Shown piece after piece: positions 19,116 to 29,468 of a DNA stretch of 64,000 nt. Below the pieces are notes generated by a model. That model was not told the origin of the DNA. It saw only the letters and a program-made list of their open reading frames with translations, and searched no databases. This stretch comes from an uncultured Gammaproteobacteria bacterium (GTDB taxonomy: Bacteria > Patescibacteriota > Patescibacteriia > Magasanikbacterales > GWA2-37-8), in contig CAZBWU010000002.1 of the NCBI GenBank assembly GCA_964496095.1, positions 79,595 to 143,594 of the forward strand, given 5' to 3'. The translations under genes were made by a program, and so were the position numbers. Positions within the stretch are counted from its first letter, which is position 1; each line of letters opens with the position of its first letter.

Positions 19116-19186
19116 TTCCGAGGCTTGGATTCGAACCAAAATAGCCGCCTTCAAAGGGCGGAGTCCTACCATTAGACGACCTCGGA
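19116..19186 (-). tRNA. tRNA-Gln (anticodon TTG)
   Basis: Minus strand reads TCCGAGGTCGTCTAATGGTAGGACTCCGCCCTTTGAAGGCGGCTATTTTGGTTCGAATCCAAGCCTCGGAA. U1-A72 pair as in E. coli tRNA-Gln. Anticodon loop CTTTGAA. No encoded CCA. Confidence 0.85.
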
Positions 19187-19231
19187 ATGTGTTTTACTTA
19201 AAACCATAACTTTTAATCCTGCAAAGAACAA

Positions 19232-20140
19232 CTAGACTTTCAACTGCCTTCTCATCGCTAAACCGCTGGAAATAATAGTCAGAATGAGGACTGCCAAAGC
19301 CTGACTACCAAACAGCATCAGCATATTAGAATAAAAGTAATTTGTCAAGGCAAATCCGTTTGGTAAAACTACCGCTAAATATGGATCAATCCACCTCAAA
19401 GCCAAATACACCAAACCGATGGTTCCTCCCACACTAGCCAAAGTAAAGACAAAAGACTCAACTAAATATGGCCCACGAATAAACCAGTTGCTCGCACCCA
19501 CCAATCTCTTGATACTTATTTCCACACGCTGGGTAGTGATAGCCACACGAATAGTGTTAAAAATAATTAAGAAAGAGATAATAGCAAACAAAATCGTCAG
19601 CCCAAAACCAATTCGTTCTACGCGATTGGTAATATTTTGCAAACGTTCTATCGCATCTTCATGATTATCAAAACTCTTGGCTTCAATGAGATTTTCGTAT
19701 TCAGGCACATTTAGGGCATCAATTATCTTTTTGTAATCTTTCGGTTCTTTGGTTTTTATAATCATCGTCGGACCAAAAGGATTGGCGCCTAATTCATCAA
19801 GTGCCTCTAAAGCTTCTTTTTGTAATTTGTGTTGTTCACGGAAAGCGGACAAAACTTCTTCTTTCGTTTGCAAATCAATGCTAACAATTTCAGGAAACAA
19901 CTCCACATAAGATTTAATATCACTCACATTTTTTTGTGTCGCCTCGGGTACAAAATAGATACTAATATCAATCTGTTTTTTAACAGCCTCAACCGCTTGT
20001 TTGGTAATAATATCAAGCGACCAGAGAGTATTTACTGACAAAAGCATGAGAATCAGAATAAAGACGGTCATGAAAGACAGACTTAGATTACGCCACAAAT
20101 CTTGAAAAGCAAACTTTAATATTCTTAAAAAAGATGACAT
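19232..20140 (-). CDS. ftsX: Cell division ABC transporter permease FtsX
   Basis: 302 aa. N-terminal TM, periplasmic domain, three C-terminal TMs. Directly follows ftsE. Confidence 0.8.
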   Translation of the reverse strand: MSSFLRILKFAFQDLWRNLSLSFMTVFILILMLLSVNTLWSLDIITKQAVEAVKKQIDISIYFVPEATQKNVSDIKSYVELFPEIVSIDLQTKEEVLSAFREQHKLQKEALEALDELGANPFGPTMIIKTKEPKDYKKIIDALNVPEYENLIEAKSFDNHEDAIERLQNITNRVERIGFGLTILFAIISFLIIFNTIRVAITTQRVEISIKRLVGASNWFIRGPYLVESFVFTLASVGGTIGLVYLALRWIDPYLAVVLPNGFALTNYFYSNMLMLFGSQALAVLILTIISSGLAMRRQLKV

Positions 20141-20143
20141 AAA

Positions 20144-20824
20144 TTATAATTTGTATTTACCATCATTTTCATCGTTGATAATTTCTCCACCATGGAGAGT
20201 AATTACCCGACGACGCAAATGATTTACTACTTCCCTGTTATGGGTAACCAAAATAATCGTGGTCCCAAACTCATTTATTTTTTTCAAAATAGAAATAACT
20301 TCTTCGGTGTTGATAGAATCAAGATTACCGGTAGGTTCATCGGCTACAATAATTTTTGGACGATGCACTAGAGATCTAGCAATAGCAGTGCGTTGTTGTT
20401 CTCCGCCAGAAAGCTGAAACGGATAACTATCAACCTTGCCAGACAAACCGACAATTTCCAAAACCTGTGGTACTACCTGATGAATGCGTTGCTTTTTCTC
20501 TCCCGCTACTTCCAAGGCAAAAGCCACATTTTCATAGACTGTTCTCTGTGGTAAAAGTTTATAATCTTGAAAAACTACACCGATCTGACGACGTAAAAAC
20601 GGCACGTCGCTAGGACTAATTTTAGTAATATCCCAACCACCAATCTCAATAGTGCCTTTGTTTGGTTTTTCTTCAGCAATAAGCATTTTGACTAGCGTCG
20701 TCTTGCCCGTACCACTCTGGCCCACAATAGACACAAAATCCCCTGCTCCAATGTGCAGATTTAGATTTCGCAAAGCCGGTGTGCCAGTAGTATAAATTTT
20801 GGAAACATTAGTGAGTTTGATCAT
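20144..20824 (-). CDS. ftsE: Cell division ATP-binding protein FtsE
   Basis: Walker A '[10 protein letters not shown]', signature '[15 protein letters not shown]', Walker B '[11 protein letters not shown]'. Confidence 0.85.
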   Translation of the reverse strand: MIKLTNVSKIYTTGTPALRNLNLHIGAGDFVSIVGQSGTGKTTLVKMLIAEEKPNKGTIEIGGWDITKISPSDVPFLRRQIGVVFQDYKLLPQRTVYENVAFALEVAGEKKQRIHQVVPQVLEIVGLSGKVDSYPFQLSGGEQQRTAIARSLVHRPKIIVADEPTGNLDSINTEEVISILKKINEFGTTIILVTHNREVVNHLRRRVITLHGGEIINDENDGKYKL

Positions 20825-20942
20825 GAAAACACAATTTTTTACAACAAATTAAACACGAATCTACAATAATAAAACGACCATAGTTAGTGTATCATATCTT
20901 GGACAAAGTCCCAAGAAGAAAATGGGGACAAGTTTAAAAAAA

Positions 20943-23900
20943 TTATAACGTAGGCGGTTGGAAACTCCAAAGATTCAATGGCTGCCAGAAATAATCTACA
21001 TTGGAAAAACTGGAAGAAGCCATATTTTGCATATCAACTACAAGCGCAGATAAATCAGATGACCCACTTTCCATACCAATATACAAATTATTGAAATTTA
21101 CATTGTTTAGATTAACACTGCCGCCCATCGCCTTAATTCCACGAGTATTATTATTTTTTGCAGTTACGCTAATATTAGTATTAGAAATCTGCATTGTAGA
21201 ATTATTGGCCTGAATAGAATTGGCTTCGCTATCAGATAGATTAGAATTATTAATAGTTATATTTGAATCATTGGCAATAATCATGCCATTTAAATTCTCT
21301 GGCCGACCATTTAAAACATTACCTCGTTTAAAATTAACATAATTTAAATTGGAATTTGAATTATAAAAACGAATATTGCCCCAAGCAGGAGTACCAGGCG
21401 AAGGCAAAAAATTTATTGGTTTGTCAGAAGTGCCCTTAGCATTCAAACTTCCCTTCACTTCTATAATCCCATATATTGGCACATACAGCGAAGCTCCCTG
21501 TTCGATATTCAAAGTAGATGAAGGCGATACTCTTAGAACATTTACTACAACATTCTCATCTTCATCAATAGAAACCGACGGTTCGTTGATAGAGACTACA
21601 CCCAAAAACGGCATGTTTAAAACATTATTAGTGTAATGCGTGCGCTTTAGACTTGGCCAATTATCTTTAATAAGCAAGGGGCCCAAATTATTTACAAAAT
21701 TATTAAATGACGAGTCTGAAATTGATAAACCACTGCTTTCAGACTGAATAGCTCGGTCACCATTAAAAAAATTAGTATTCTTAATAGTGGTGGTAGAATT
21801 TTTTTCAAATAAAGCTAACAATCCGTTATCAGAAAAATCTGAACTTAGAATAGTTGTACTAGCTCCATCTAAACGAACAGCCTGACTCACTGGTATACTA
21901 TCCGGCGGTGCAATAAAGCTTTTACCTGCATAACGCAAAACTACATTGTCTAACACAACAGTGGAACTTGGATGGAACCAAAGGCCTTGCCAATCTTGAG
22001 GCGAACTGGTTGGAGAATTCCAGCTACCAACAGTCGTATTTTCCAAGCTACCTAACAAACTTTTATCACGACCAGAAGTAAATATAATTTTTTCTTCTGC
22101 TGACCCATTGGCTCGCAAACTACCAAACACGTTTATACTAGCAACATTATAACCACTTTTAATAACTACCCCCGGTTCAATCAAAAGTGTTTTTCCGGCT
22201 GGAACAGTATATGATTGCAAGATGTAGGGACTGTTAGTTTTGGTTAAAGTGCGAACAGTATCATCTTGATTAAAATTTAGGGCAATAAAACCAAAGTTGG
22301 ATCGCTTTGGAGAACCATAGATTGGCGAGCCAAGATACCCACGGCCAGTCTCACGAAAACCTTGATTACTTTGCCAGTTACCTGGATTATTACCACTGAC
22401 CAAACTATTTATTCTTTCCATTGATTTATACAAAACTGTATCACCGGCAAACCAGCCATTGCTAGCATTTACCTCATCAGATTTCTCACCATTGGGTTTT
22501 ATTAATTCTATTTTGGCGCCACTGTTATTAAAACCACCACTCAAACTATAAACAACATCGGCGCTAATTTGCAAAACCGTATCATCAGTGGTCCTTTCAA
22601 ACAAATAATAACCATTTGCCGGAATTATTTTATTATTTATTTTGGTAAAACTAATTTCTTTGCCACCGACCAAAACTTTCCAGCCGGTAAAATCTAAAGA
22701 CTGATCCGTGTTATTTTTTAACTCAAACCATTCATCATTTGCATAGCCGGCGCTAGTCCCCGCCCAAGCCACTTCGTTTATCACTACTTCTCCACTCCAA
22801 TTTACAAAAACTGGAGAAGAAGTCGGGCTCCACTGCGAAATATTTCCAACCGCATCGGCGGCTCTAGCTCTAAAATAATACGCTTGACCATGCAAGCCAG
22901 AAAAATTAAAAGTGCTACTTACCGTACTTGTAACCAAAGATTGCCAACCGATGGTGCTGGTAGCAAAAACTTCTAAATCAAAGTAAACTGGTGGAGACAA
23001 AAGGTCTGCGCTGGTCATGTTTATCAAAATATTAGTTGAACTAACACCAGGTTGATTTGCAAAATTTAAAACTGGTATTGAAGGAGAAGTGGTGTCAATA
23101 ATAACCTCCACAGAAGTTGTGGGAACTACTTCAGTTGTAGTTGTAGTTGTAGTTGTAGGGATAAAAATCTCAGGAGTTGTTGTGGAAGAAGATGTGCTTG
23201 TAGGATTTTCTACTAATAGCGGTGGAACAATACTACTTTCCTGCGCGGTGTCATTTGTTATCCCTGAAGAATTACTTGGACTACTGCCTCCATAAACAAA
23301 TTTTGCTGGAGTCGGTGAAACAAAATTATTTATCGGCTCTGGAATATTTTGAACTGGCACTAAATTTGACACAGGTAATATTGGAAATACTTTTGGCACT
23401 ACAGTTTTTACAACAGGAATTTTTGGAGCCACAACATTTACTACCGCAGGCTTTGGCAATTCTAAATAACTTGTTATAGGCACTACGGAAGGATTTAGAT
23501 CGGTTAACTGACGATTATTTTGACTTGAAGCTTGATTGCTAGCCAACCCTAACTTTGATTTAGCTGAATCAAAAATATTATTAACTACCCCAGACACAGC
23601 CGAACTTATCGATTGAGGAGCATTCTTGACAGACGAAGCTATGCTATCAAGAGAGTTATACATTGATTTACAGGTACTCTCGGAAATACTACAGGCTTTA
23701 ATTACAGTTCTTTTCGGAAACTGTTGCAAAGCTGAAATAAAAGAACTATTACTATCCGGAACAATTGGCTCCAACAACTCTGGGCTTAATTTATATTTCT
23801 CTACTTCTTCAAAAAATAAATTAATCACACTGGCACCAGTGAGAACGGCTTCAGGAAAAAGATGGTCGCGATAGGAAGGTAAAATGTTTATTGTATCGTT

Positions 23901-24770
23901 TGTAGTAAACCTCTTTTTACCAGTCACAACATCCTCCGTAGTTAATCTTGCTATTTTGATATTATTTTTAACTAAAAATTTTACCGACTTTCCATCTAGT
24001 TCAATTTTAATTTCTTTGGAACTATTAAAGGGCTCCGCAAAATCTTCGTTACTTATAGTATCCTCAGAGAAAAAATTTTGATTTACATAAACTGCCAAGT
24101 CTTTTATCGTCTTATTTATTGAAGATAGTTTTTTGAAATTAGCATTACTTTTTAGCAAACCCTCAGCCGTGTTTAACTGCCCAGAATCAGTCTGAACTTT
24201 AGAAAATGCTTCATGAGGTGAACCTGGATCACCCTCTATACCAGCGTGAGAATCATCACGCACATGATCTGGCACAGTCGCATCCTCTACTAAATGCAAA
24301 ACATGTCCTAAAGCAATAAAGGCAGACTTCTTGTCGCCATCTAAATAAGATCTTATGGCTTTTTGCCAGGTTTGATTGCCAAACTGTCGACCATAGGCTG
24401 ATTGATAGTCTTGGTTGGTCACCCAGTCTACAGAAGGCAGCGATCTTCTTGGCGCGATATCACCACCAGTTTTATACCCTTCCTCTATAGATAGACGACC
24501 AAAATGTTTACCTGACCAGCCCACTCCATGAACCGGGTCATAGAAATGGTTTATCCATCTCGCTGGCTCGTCTTCTTCTACTGACCCTTGTTTGAGCCAT
24601 CTAGCTTCATCGAAAGATAATTCATAATTTGATTTTGAATTACGGCCATTAAAAAATTCTATCATTTCTTGCGTGAGAGACGGGTGTGTGGAATTCTGAT
24701 CATAAGCCACTGCTGGTTGAAGTAGAAGTAGAAATAAAAATAATAATAAAAATGAAGTCCCTCCTTTCAT
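20943..24770 (-). CDS. Large secreted multidomain protein: signal peptide, zinc-dependent phospholipase C / S1-P1 nuclease-like domain, Thr/Ser/Pro-rich linker, lamin-tail domain, right-handed parallel beta-helix
   Basis: 1275 aa. Signal peptide 'FLLLFLFLLLLQPAVA'. 'HFYDPVHGVGW' and 'ALGHVLHLVEDATVPDHV' match the zinc-binding motifs of Bacillus PLC / P1 nuclease. 'VVINEVAWAGT...DEWFELKN' is a lamin-tail domain. The C-terminal Asn/Ser-rich 'NxxNISxxN' repeats are typical of a pectate-lyase-like beta-helix. Confidence 0.7.
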   Translation of the reverse strand: MKGGTSFLLLFLFLLLLQPAVAYDQNSTHPSLTQEMIEFFNGRNSKSNYELSFDEARWLKQGSVEEDEPARWINHFYDPVHGVGWSGKHFGRLSIEEGYKTGGDIAPRRSLPSVDWVTNQDYQSAYGRQFGNQTWQKAIRSYLDGDKKSAFIALGHVLHLVEDATVPDHVRDDSHAGIEGDPGSPHEAFSKVQTDSGQLNTAEGLLKSNANFKKLSSINKTIKDLAVYVNQNFFSEDTISNEDFAEPFNSSKEIKIELDGKSVKFLVKNNIKIARLTTEDVVTGKKRFTTNDTINILPSYRDHLFPEAVLTGASVINLFFEEVEKYKLSPELLEPIVPDSNSSFISALQQFPKRTVIKACSISESTCKSMYNSLDSIASSVKNAPQSISSAVSGVVNNIFDSAKSKLGLASNQASSQNNRQLTDLNPSVVPITSYLELPKPAVVNVVAPKIPVVKTVVPKVFPILPVSNLVPVQNIPEPINNFVSPTPAKFVYGGSSPSNSSGITNDTAQESSIVPPLLVENPTSTSSSTTTPEIFIPTTTTTTTTEVVPTTSVEVIIDTTSPSIPVLNFANQPGVSSTNILINMTSADLLSPPVYFDLEVFATSTIGWQSLVTSTVSSTFNFSGLHGQAYYFRARAADAVGNISQWSPTSSPVFVNWSGEVVINEVAWAGTSAGYANDEWFELKNNTDQSLDFTGWKVLVGGKEISFTKINNKIIPANGYYLFERTTDDTVLQISADVVYSLSGGFNNSGAKIELIKPNGEKSDEVNASNGWFAGDTVLYKSMERINSLVSGNNPGNWQSNQGFRETGRGYLGSPIYGSPKRSNFGFIALNFNQDDTVRTLTKTNSPYILQSYTVPAGKTLLIEPGVVIKSGYNVASINVFGSLRANGSAEEKIIFTSGRDKSLLGSLENTTVGSWNSPTSSPQDWQGLWFHPSSTVVLDNVVLRYAGKSFIAPPDSIPVSQAVRLDGASTTILSSDFSDNGLLALFEKNSTTTIKNTNFFNGDRAIQSESSGLSISDSSFNNFVNNLGPLLIKDNWPSLKRTHYTNNVLNMPFLGVVSINEPSVSIDEDENVVVNVLRVSPSSTLNIEQGASLYVPIYGIIEVKGSLNAKGTSDKPINFLPSPGTPAWGNIRFYNSNSNLNYVNFKRGNVLNGRPENLNGMIIANDSNITINNSNLSDSEANSIQANNSTMQISNTNISVTAKNNNTRGIKAMGGSVNLNNVNFNNLYIGMESGSSDLSALVVDMQNMASSSFSNVDYFWQPLNLWSFQPPTL
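23134..23157. repeat. (GTTGTA)x4 hexanucleotide tandem repeat encoding a poly-Thr linker
   Basis: Perfect in-frame hexamer repeats inside the 20943-24770 CDS. A length change would keep the reading frame. Confidence 0.7.
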
Positions 24771-24783
24771 ATTTATAAACTAA

Positions 24784-25269
24784 TTATAATAATGATATTT
24801 TCCAAACTTTGGTATAAGGATTTAAAATAAATACAATTAAGTGAGCTTCGACTTCTCCATTTTTATTTTTTAAAGATAGAATAAAACTCACTCTTTCATT
24901 ACTAGAATCGTCTGGTTCTAATTTAGAAGAAAATTTACTAATAACCTCTGACATTCGTTCTTCGTTAATTGCTTTTTTAAAATCAAGCAATCTCTCTTCT
25001 CTTTTCTCCGGCACAATATACTTACTCGCCAACTCTACATCCCCTTTTTTCAACGCATCCAAAAACATACCCCAAGTTTCTTCTGGGGTTTTGCCTCCAT
25101 ATGTATCTTCTCTGTACGGCTTACTCAAAGCCAATTGAAATTCTTCTGTCTGTTTTTCCCATTTATATCCCATCCAACCGGAATAAGCTGACGAACCAAC
25201 CCACCAAATCAAAACTAATAGACCCAAACTTACAAAAATATAGATAGTAACTTTTGAAAAACGTTTCAT
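24784..25269 (-). CDS. Hypothetical membrane-anchored protein
   Basis: 161 aa. Single N-terminal TM 'VTIYIFVSLGLLVLIWWVG'. Confidence 0.45.
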   Translation of the reverse strand: MKRFSKVTIYIFVSLGLLVLIWWVGSSAYSGWMGYKWEKQTEEFQLALSKPYREDTYGGKTPEETWGMFLDALKKGDVELASKYIVPEKREERLLDFKKAINEERMSEVISKFSSKLEPDDSSNERVSFILSLKNKNGEVEAHLIVFILNPYTKVWKISLL

Positions 25270-25352
25270 AATAAATATGAAAAATATTTATTATTTATAG
25301 TATACTACTATTTTTTTATAGGTACAATAAATTTTAGCTGTGGATAAATCAC

Positions 25353-26444
25353 TTACACCTCCACCCAAGTATTCTCTCCCAAAATCATAGTTTGATGATC
25401 GGATTGTTTTTTTATCACCGTCACACCCGCACCGATAATACTGCCGGATAAATCTACTCCGCCACTAATATTGCATTTATTGAGAATAATAGAATCTTTA
25501 ATTTCGGCATTCTTGATTATACTACCTGCGCCAATGGTTGTGTTTGGGTTTATAACGCAATCTTCTAGAGTGCAATTCTCACCAATTATTACCGGACCAG
25601 TAATTTTTACATTTTTATTTACAGTTGTACCTGCGCCAAGATGTACCTTACCAATCAATTTTGCTCCATCTTCTACTTTTCCTTCTTTAGTATATTTTTC
25701 TTCAGGCATTTCTTCCAAAAGCAAACCACTGGCTAGAATAAGATCCACTGGCTTGCCGGTATCTTTCCACCAACCGGTAATTTCTTTATACCCAACATTA
25801 AAATTATTCTTTAAAAAATAAGAATGGATATCAGAAATTTCATATTCACCGCGAGCGCTTTTCTTCATTTTTTTAAAGGCATCAAAAAATACTTTCGGCC
25901 CATATAGATATATACCTGTAACGGCAAAATCATTAGGTGGATTTTGTGGTTTCTCAATCACATCGACAAGTTTATTATTATCAAAAACAGGCACACCAAA
26001 ACGATTTGGGTCTGGCACTTTCGCCAAGGCTAACATACAATCCAATTTATCTTCAGCAAAATTATCAAGCATCGGTTTTATACTACCAAGCACAATATTA
26101 TCTGAAAGATAAAACATAAACGGCTCATCACCGATGAATTTCTTGGCTTCGTTTACCACATGCGCTATCCCTTGCGGCCCACCGGTTTGCTCAAAGAATG
26201 TTATTTTAACCCCCCAATGACCGCCATCGCCGATATGTTTTTGTAATTCTGTTTCACCAGGATTGGTGTTAATAAATATTTCTTCAATCCCCGCTTCCAC
26301 CGCTTTGGCGATAGCATGAAAAATCATTGGCTTGTTTGCCAATGGAATCAAATGCTTGTTCATGCTGTGAGTAATTGGCCTCAACCTAGTAGCATGTCCG
26401 CCGCCGGTTAAAATAGCTTTTTTAATCTTTTGCATACATAACAA
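25353..26444 (-). CDS. Sugar-1-phosphate nucleotidyltransferase with C-terminal left-handed beta-helix (ManC/GlmU-like)
   Basis: 'ILTGGGHATRLRPITHSMNKHLIPLANKPMI' is the NTP-transferase signature. C-terminal hexapeptide repeats. Confidence 0.75.
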   Translation of the reverse strand: MLCMQKIKKAILTGGGHATRLRPITHSMNKHLIPLANKPMIFHAIAKAVEAGIEEIFINTNPGETELQKHIGDGGHWGVKITFFEQTGGPQGIAHVVNEAKKFIGDEPFMFYLSDNIVLGSIKPMLDNFAEDKLDCMLALAKVPDPNRFGVPVFDNNKLVDVIEKPQNPPNDFAVTGIYLYGPKVFFDAFKKMKKSARGEYEISDIHSYFLKNNFNVGYKEITGWWKDTGKPVDLILASGLLLEEMPEEKYTKEGKVEDGAKLIGKVHLGAGTTVNKNVKITGPVIIGENCTLEDCVINPNTTIGAGSIIKNAEIKDSIILNKCNISGGVDLSGSIIGAGVTVIKKQSDHQTMILGENTWVEV

Positions 26445-27542
26445 TTACCAAAAAATAATTTTCTTTACAATCAGCCAATACAAATTCATAAGCGGATTAG
26501 CGATATAATCTAAAACTGGATTTTTAATACTCTGCTCATTGAACTCAATTTTACCTACAAAAGTTTCAATCATTTTCCTATCACTTATCTTGCGGATACT
26601 TTGTACATAGACTCGTTTCTTTAACCATAGTCTCCAACTCGATAATTTTAACCAATAAACATGGGCTTTTAATTTTTCTTTAATCCATCCTTGCTTGACG
26701 GCAAATAATAATAGACCGACTTCAAGCACTAACCCCATTGGGAAAAATAATAATAAAGTAGGCCATTTAAAAAACATCAGCATCACGCCAAAACGATTAC
26801 GTTCAATATAATAAAATTTTGTTTGATTACGACTAAAAGAGTACTTATGATAAAACAAAGAATCAGATGCAACCATTATTTTATAGCCAGCGATTTTTAA
26901 TCTAAAACAATATTCTATATCTTCATGGTATAAAAAGAAATCATTATCCCAAGGACCATACTGCCGCAACAAATCGGCGCGCATAAGAACTGCAGCGCCA
27001 CTAGCATAAGATGTTTCAAAAACTTTCTCTAATTTTAAGTCAGATTTTTTGACCCGTAAATTATTACAAAATCCTAGACCTAAATAATGAAAAGAGTTCC
27101 CAGAGCTATTTAACAAATCTGTTTCTGGATATAACATTAACAGTGATTGCACAGCCCCAACGGTCTTGTCATTTTCCATAACATCAACTAATGGTTCCAA
27201 AAAATTTGACGCTACAAAACCATCATTATTATGAAAATACACATAATCAAAGCCATTATCAAGCGCCCATTGTATGCCCACATTGTTTCCTCCAGCAAAG
27301 CCTAAATTTTCACGCTGAGGCAACAGAGTAATGTGCGGCAACTCTTTCCCAGACATAGACATTACATTTTCTTCAAAATACCGGACTGACAAGCCGTGGG
27401 TTGGGTGAGGGTTATCAACTACCACAAACTCGACTCTATTTTTGGGATAAGTCATTTTCTTAAGCGCTGACACCACATCATCCACATATGGCTCGCTATG
27501 AAAAGAAAGATAAATAATAGCTACTTTTGGGTAATTTTCCAT
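26445..27542 (-). CDS. Glycosyltransferase family 2
   Basis: 365 aa. GT-A N-terminal domain 'VAIIYLSFHSEPYVDDVVSAL...VVVDN' with a DxD-type motif. Confidence 0.7.
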   Translation of the reverse strand: MENYPKVAIIYLSFHSEPYVDDVVSALKKMTYPKNRVEFVVVDNPHPTHGLSVRYFEENVMSMSGKELPHITLLPQRENLGFAGGNNVGIQWALDNGFDYVYFHNNDGFVASNFLEPLVDVMENDKTVGAVQSLLMLYPETDLLNSSGNSFHYLGLGFCNNLRVKKSDLKLEKVFETSYASGAAVLMRADLLRQYGPWDNDFFLYHEDIEYCFRLKIAGYKIMVASDSLFYHKYSFSRNQTKFYYIERNRFGVMLMFFKWPTLLLFFPMGLVLEVGLLLFAVKQGWIKEKLKAHVYWLKLSSWRLWLKKRVYVQSIRKISDRKMIETFVGKIEFNEQSIKNPVLDYIANPLMNLYWLIVKKIIFW

Positions 27543-27544
27543 AT

Positions 27545-28414
27545 TTATACAGAATAATATTTATTATTTCCCTTCCACTTCCACATATATTTAAACCAAC
27601 TAATGAGATGAATGCGGGCTAACTTGTTTTTTAATAGTGCTTTAAGTATCCCTGGCACTTTGGCAGAGTCACGAGCATACTTATGCATAATTACTATATC
27701 ATGGACATAATATACTGGCCAACCGTGCTCCCACATAGTCCGACACCAATCAGCATCCTCTAAATACATAAAATAGCGCTCATCAAACCAGCCTATAGCA
27801 TCAACTACTTCTTTACGCACAATCATTGCAGCCCCCAGAACCCAATCTACAGGCATAGTGCTATTATGGTCAAAATCTTTCATCAACAACCTGTCTGATA
27901 ATTTTTTGATCCATTTATATTTTTTATCAAAATTAATCTGCTTGAGTGGTTTAATTAAAATAGACGGCAAATCAAAGCGGTAACAAGAATATTGCAAACT
28001 ACCATCGCTATTCTGTAGTTTTGGCCCGATACAACCAATTTTTGGATGCTCATCCATAAACTTAACAATTCGTTCAATCACGCGTGAATTTTCTGGAATA
28101 ATCGTATCTCTATTTAAAGCAAAATAATACCGAGCTGGCGTAGATTTAAAGCCTACCGTATTGCCTTTACCAAAACCAATATTACCGCCAGAATCAACAT
28201 ACCTTACCGAAGAAAATTTGACTGCTAAATCTTCTTTAATGTGATCTTTATTTTCTGAGTTGTCGGCCACTGTTATTTGTACTGTATACGGACAATTTAT
28301 AATATCTTTTATAATAGAATCAATGGCATCTAGAATGTCATTTTTAGTAAAATAATTTACGAATACAATATTAATGTCTTTTAAACCTTCCATAATTTTC
28401 TCATTTCTTGCCAA
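27545..28414 (-). CDS. Glycosyltransferase family 2
   Basis: 289 aa. 'INIVFVNYFTKND...VADNSEN' GT2 fold. Confidence 0.65.
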   Translation of the reverse strand: MARNEKIMEGLKDINIVFVNYFTKNDILDAIDSIIKDIINCPYTVQITVADNSENKDHIKEDLAVKFSSVRYVDSGGNIGFGKGNTVGFKSTPARYYFALNRDTIIPENSRVIERIVKFMDEHPKIGCIGPKLQNSDGSLQYSCYRFDLPSILIKPLKQINFDKKYKWIKKLSDRLLMKDFDHNSTMPVDWVLGAAMIVRKEVVDAIGWFDERYFMYLEDADWCRTMWEHGWPVYYVHDIVIMHKYARDSAKVPGILKALLKNKLARIHLISWFKYMWKWKGNNKYYSV

Positions 28415-29454
28415 TTTAATTTTCTATTATTTTTAATAAATTTTCTTTTTTCTTTTAAGTCTTTCCTTAATTTCCAAATCTCTTTTAACCCAGCCAAAAC
28501 TTTTCTATCAACAATTAGCAGATAAACAAACTTCTTCAATTCATACCATACAATCCAAGGAAGATCAAGCATCATGTTCTGCCAATATTCATTTTTATAT
28601 AAAGTCATTAAATGATTTTTATAGCTATGATATTTTACCCATTCTGACTGAGTTTTTTTGTTGGCTGAGGCGGCCACATCACTGGCTTTTTTTGGTCCGG
28701 CTGCTGATCTATCGTGGTAAGCAATCGTATCTAATAATACATAGGCTTGGCAGCCTCTAGCGGCTAGTCTATAAGCCAGATCTACATCTTCTTTATAAGA
28801 ATGGTAAGACTCATCAAGAATGGTTCCATCTTGATAAACGACATCTTTAATACCTGACCTTCTAAACATTGGCAAAGCGCCTGAAACACCAAAGACAGCT
28901 TGCGCCTCCCCATTGGCCAATAATTTTGATTTAAGTTCAGGCCAATCACATTGGGTATATTGCTCTATAACTCTCCTATTACGAAATACTTTTAAACCTA
29001 GAGCATCAATCTGCTCTGTAAAACTTTTCTGCAAGATATCCGCATCTATTTGTTCAACATTCGCAGTATCCAATAAACCAAAATTCCACTTCATTAGTCG
29101 TGGCGACACAGCTACGGCTTGAGAGTTCTTATCTAGAAATGCCACAATCTTTTCTAAGCAATCAGGCGCCAGATACATATCCTGATTAAGCATCAAAAAA
29201 TATTCATCTGAGGTTTTTTTAAAGGCCATATTATGTCCACCCGCAAAACCTAGATTAGTTTTATTTTCAATAATTTCAAACTTAACCGGAAAATTTTCCA
29301 ACTCTTTTTTCATTAACTCTACCATGCCATCTTGAGAATTATTATCAATCATAAGTAATTGCCAATCTAAAAAAGTCTGCTTGCGGAGAGACTCAAAAAG
29401 ATAAGGCACATACTTAGCACCGTTCCATGACACTAAATGAACAGATAATTTCAT
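28381..29454 (-). CDS. Glycosyltransferase family 2
   Basis: 357 aa. 'LSVHLVSWNGAKYVPYLFESLRKQTF...LLMIDNNSQDG'. Confidence 0.7.
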   Translation of the reverse strand: MKLSVHLVSWNGAKYVPYLFESLRKQTFLDWQLLMIDNNSQDGMVELMKKELENFPVKFEIIENKTNLGFAGGHNMAFKKTSDEYFLMLNQDMYLAPDCLEKIVAFLDKNSQAVAVSPRLMKWNFGLLDTANVEQIDADILQKSFTEQIDALGLKVFRNRRVIEQYTQCDWPELKSKLLANGEAQAVFGVSGALPMFRRSGIKDVVYQDGTILDESYHSYKEDVDLAYRLAARGCQAYVLLDTIAYHDRSAAGPKKASDVAASANKKTQSEWVKYHSYKNHLMTLYKNEYWQNMMLDLPWIVWYELKKFVYLLIVDRKVLAGLKEIWKLRKDLKEKRKFIKNNRKLNWQEMRKLWKV

Positions 29455-29468
29455 ATACGAGATTGGTA

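Noticed and set aside
20825-20942. Hairpin gtccca-agaagaaaa-tggggac downstream of the giant secreted protein gene as a terminator
   Set aside because: The stem is imperfect and not followed by a clear T-run on the minus strand. The ftsE promoter must lie in the same 118 bp. Left as unresolved.
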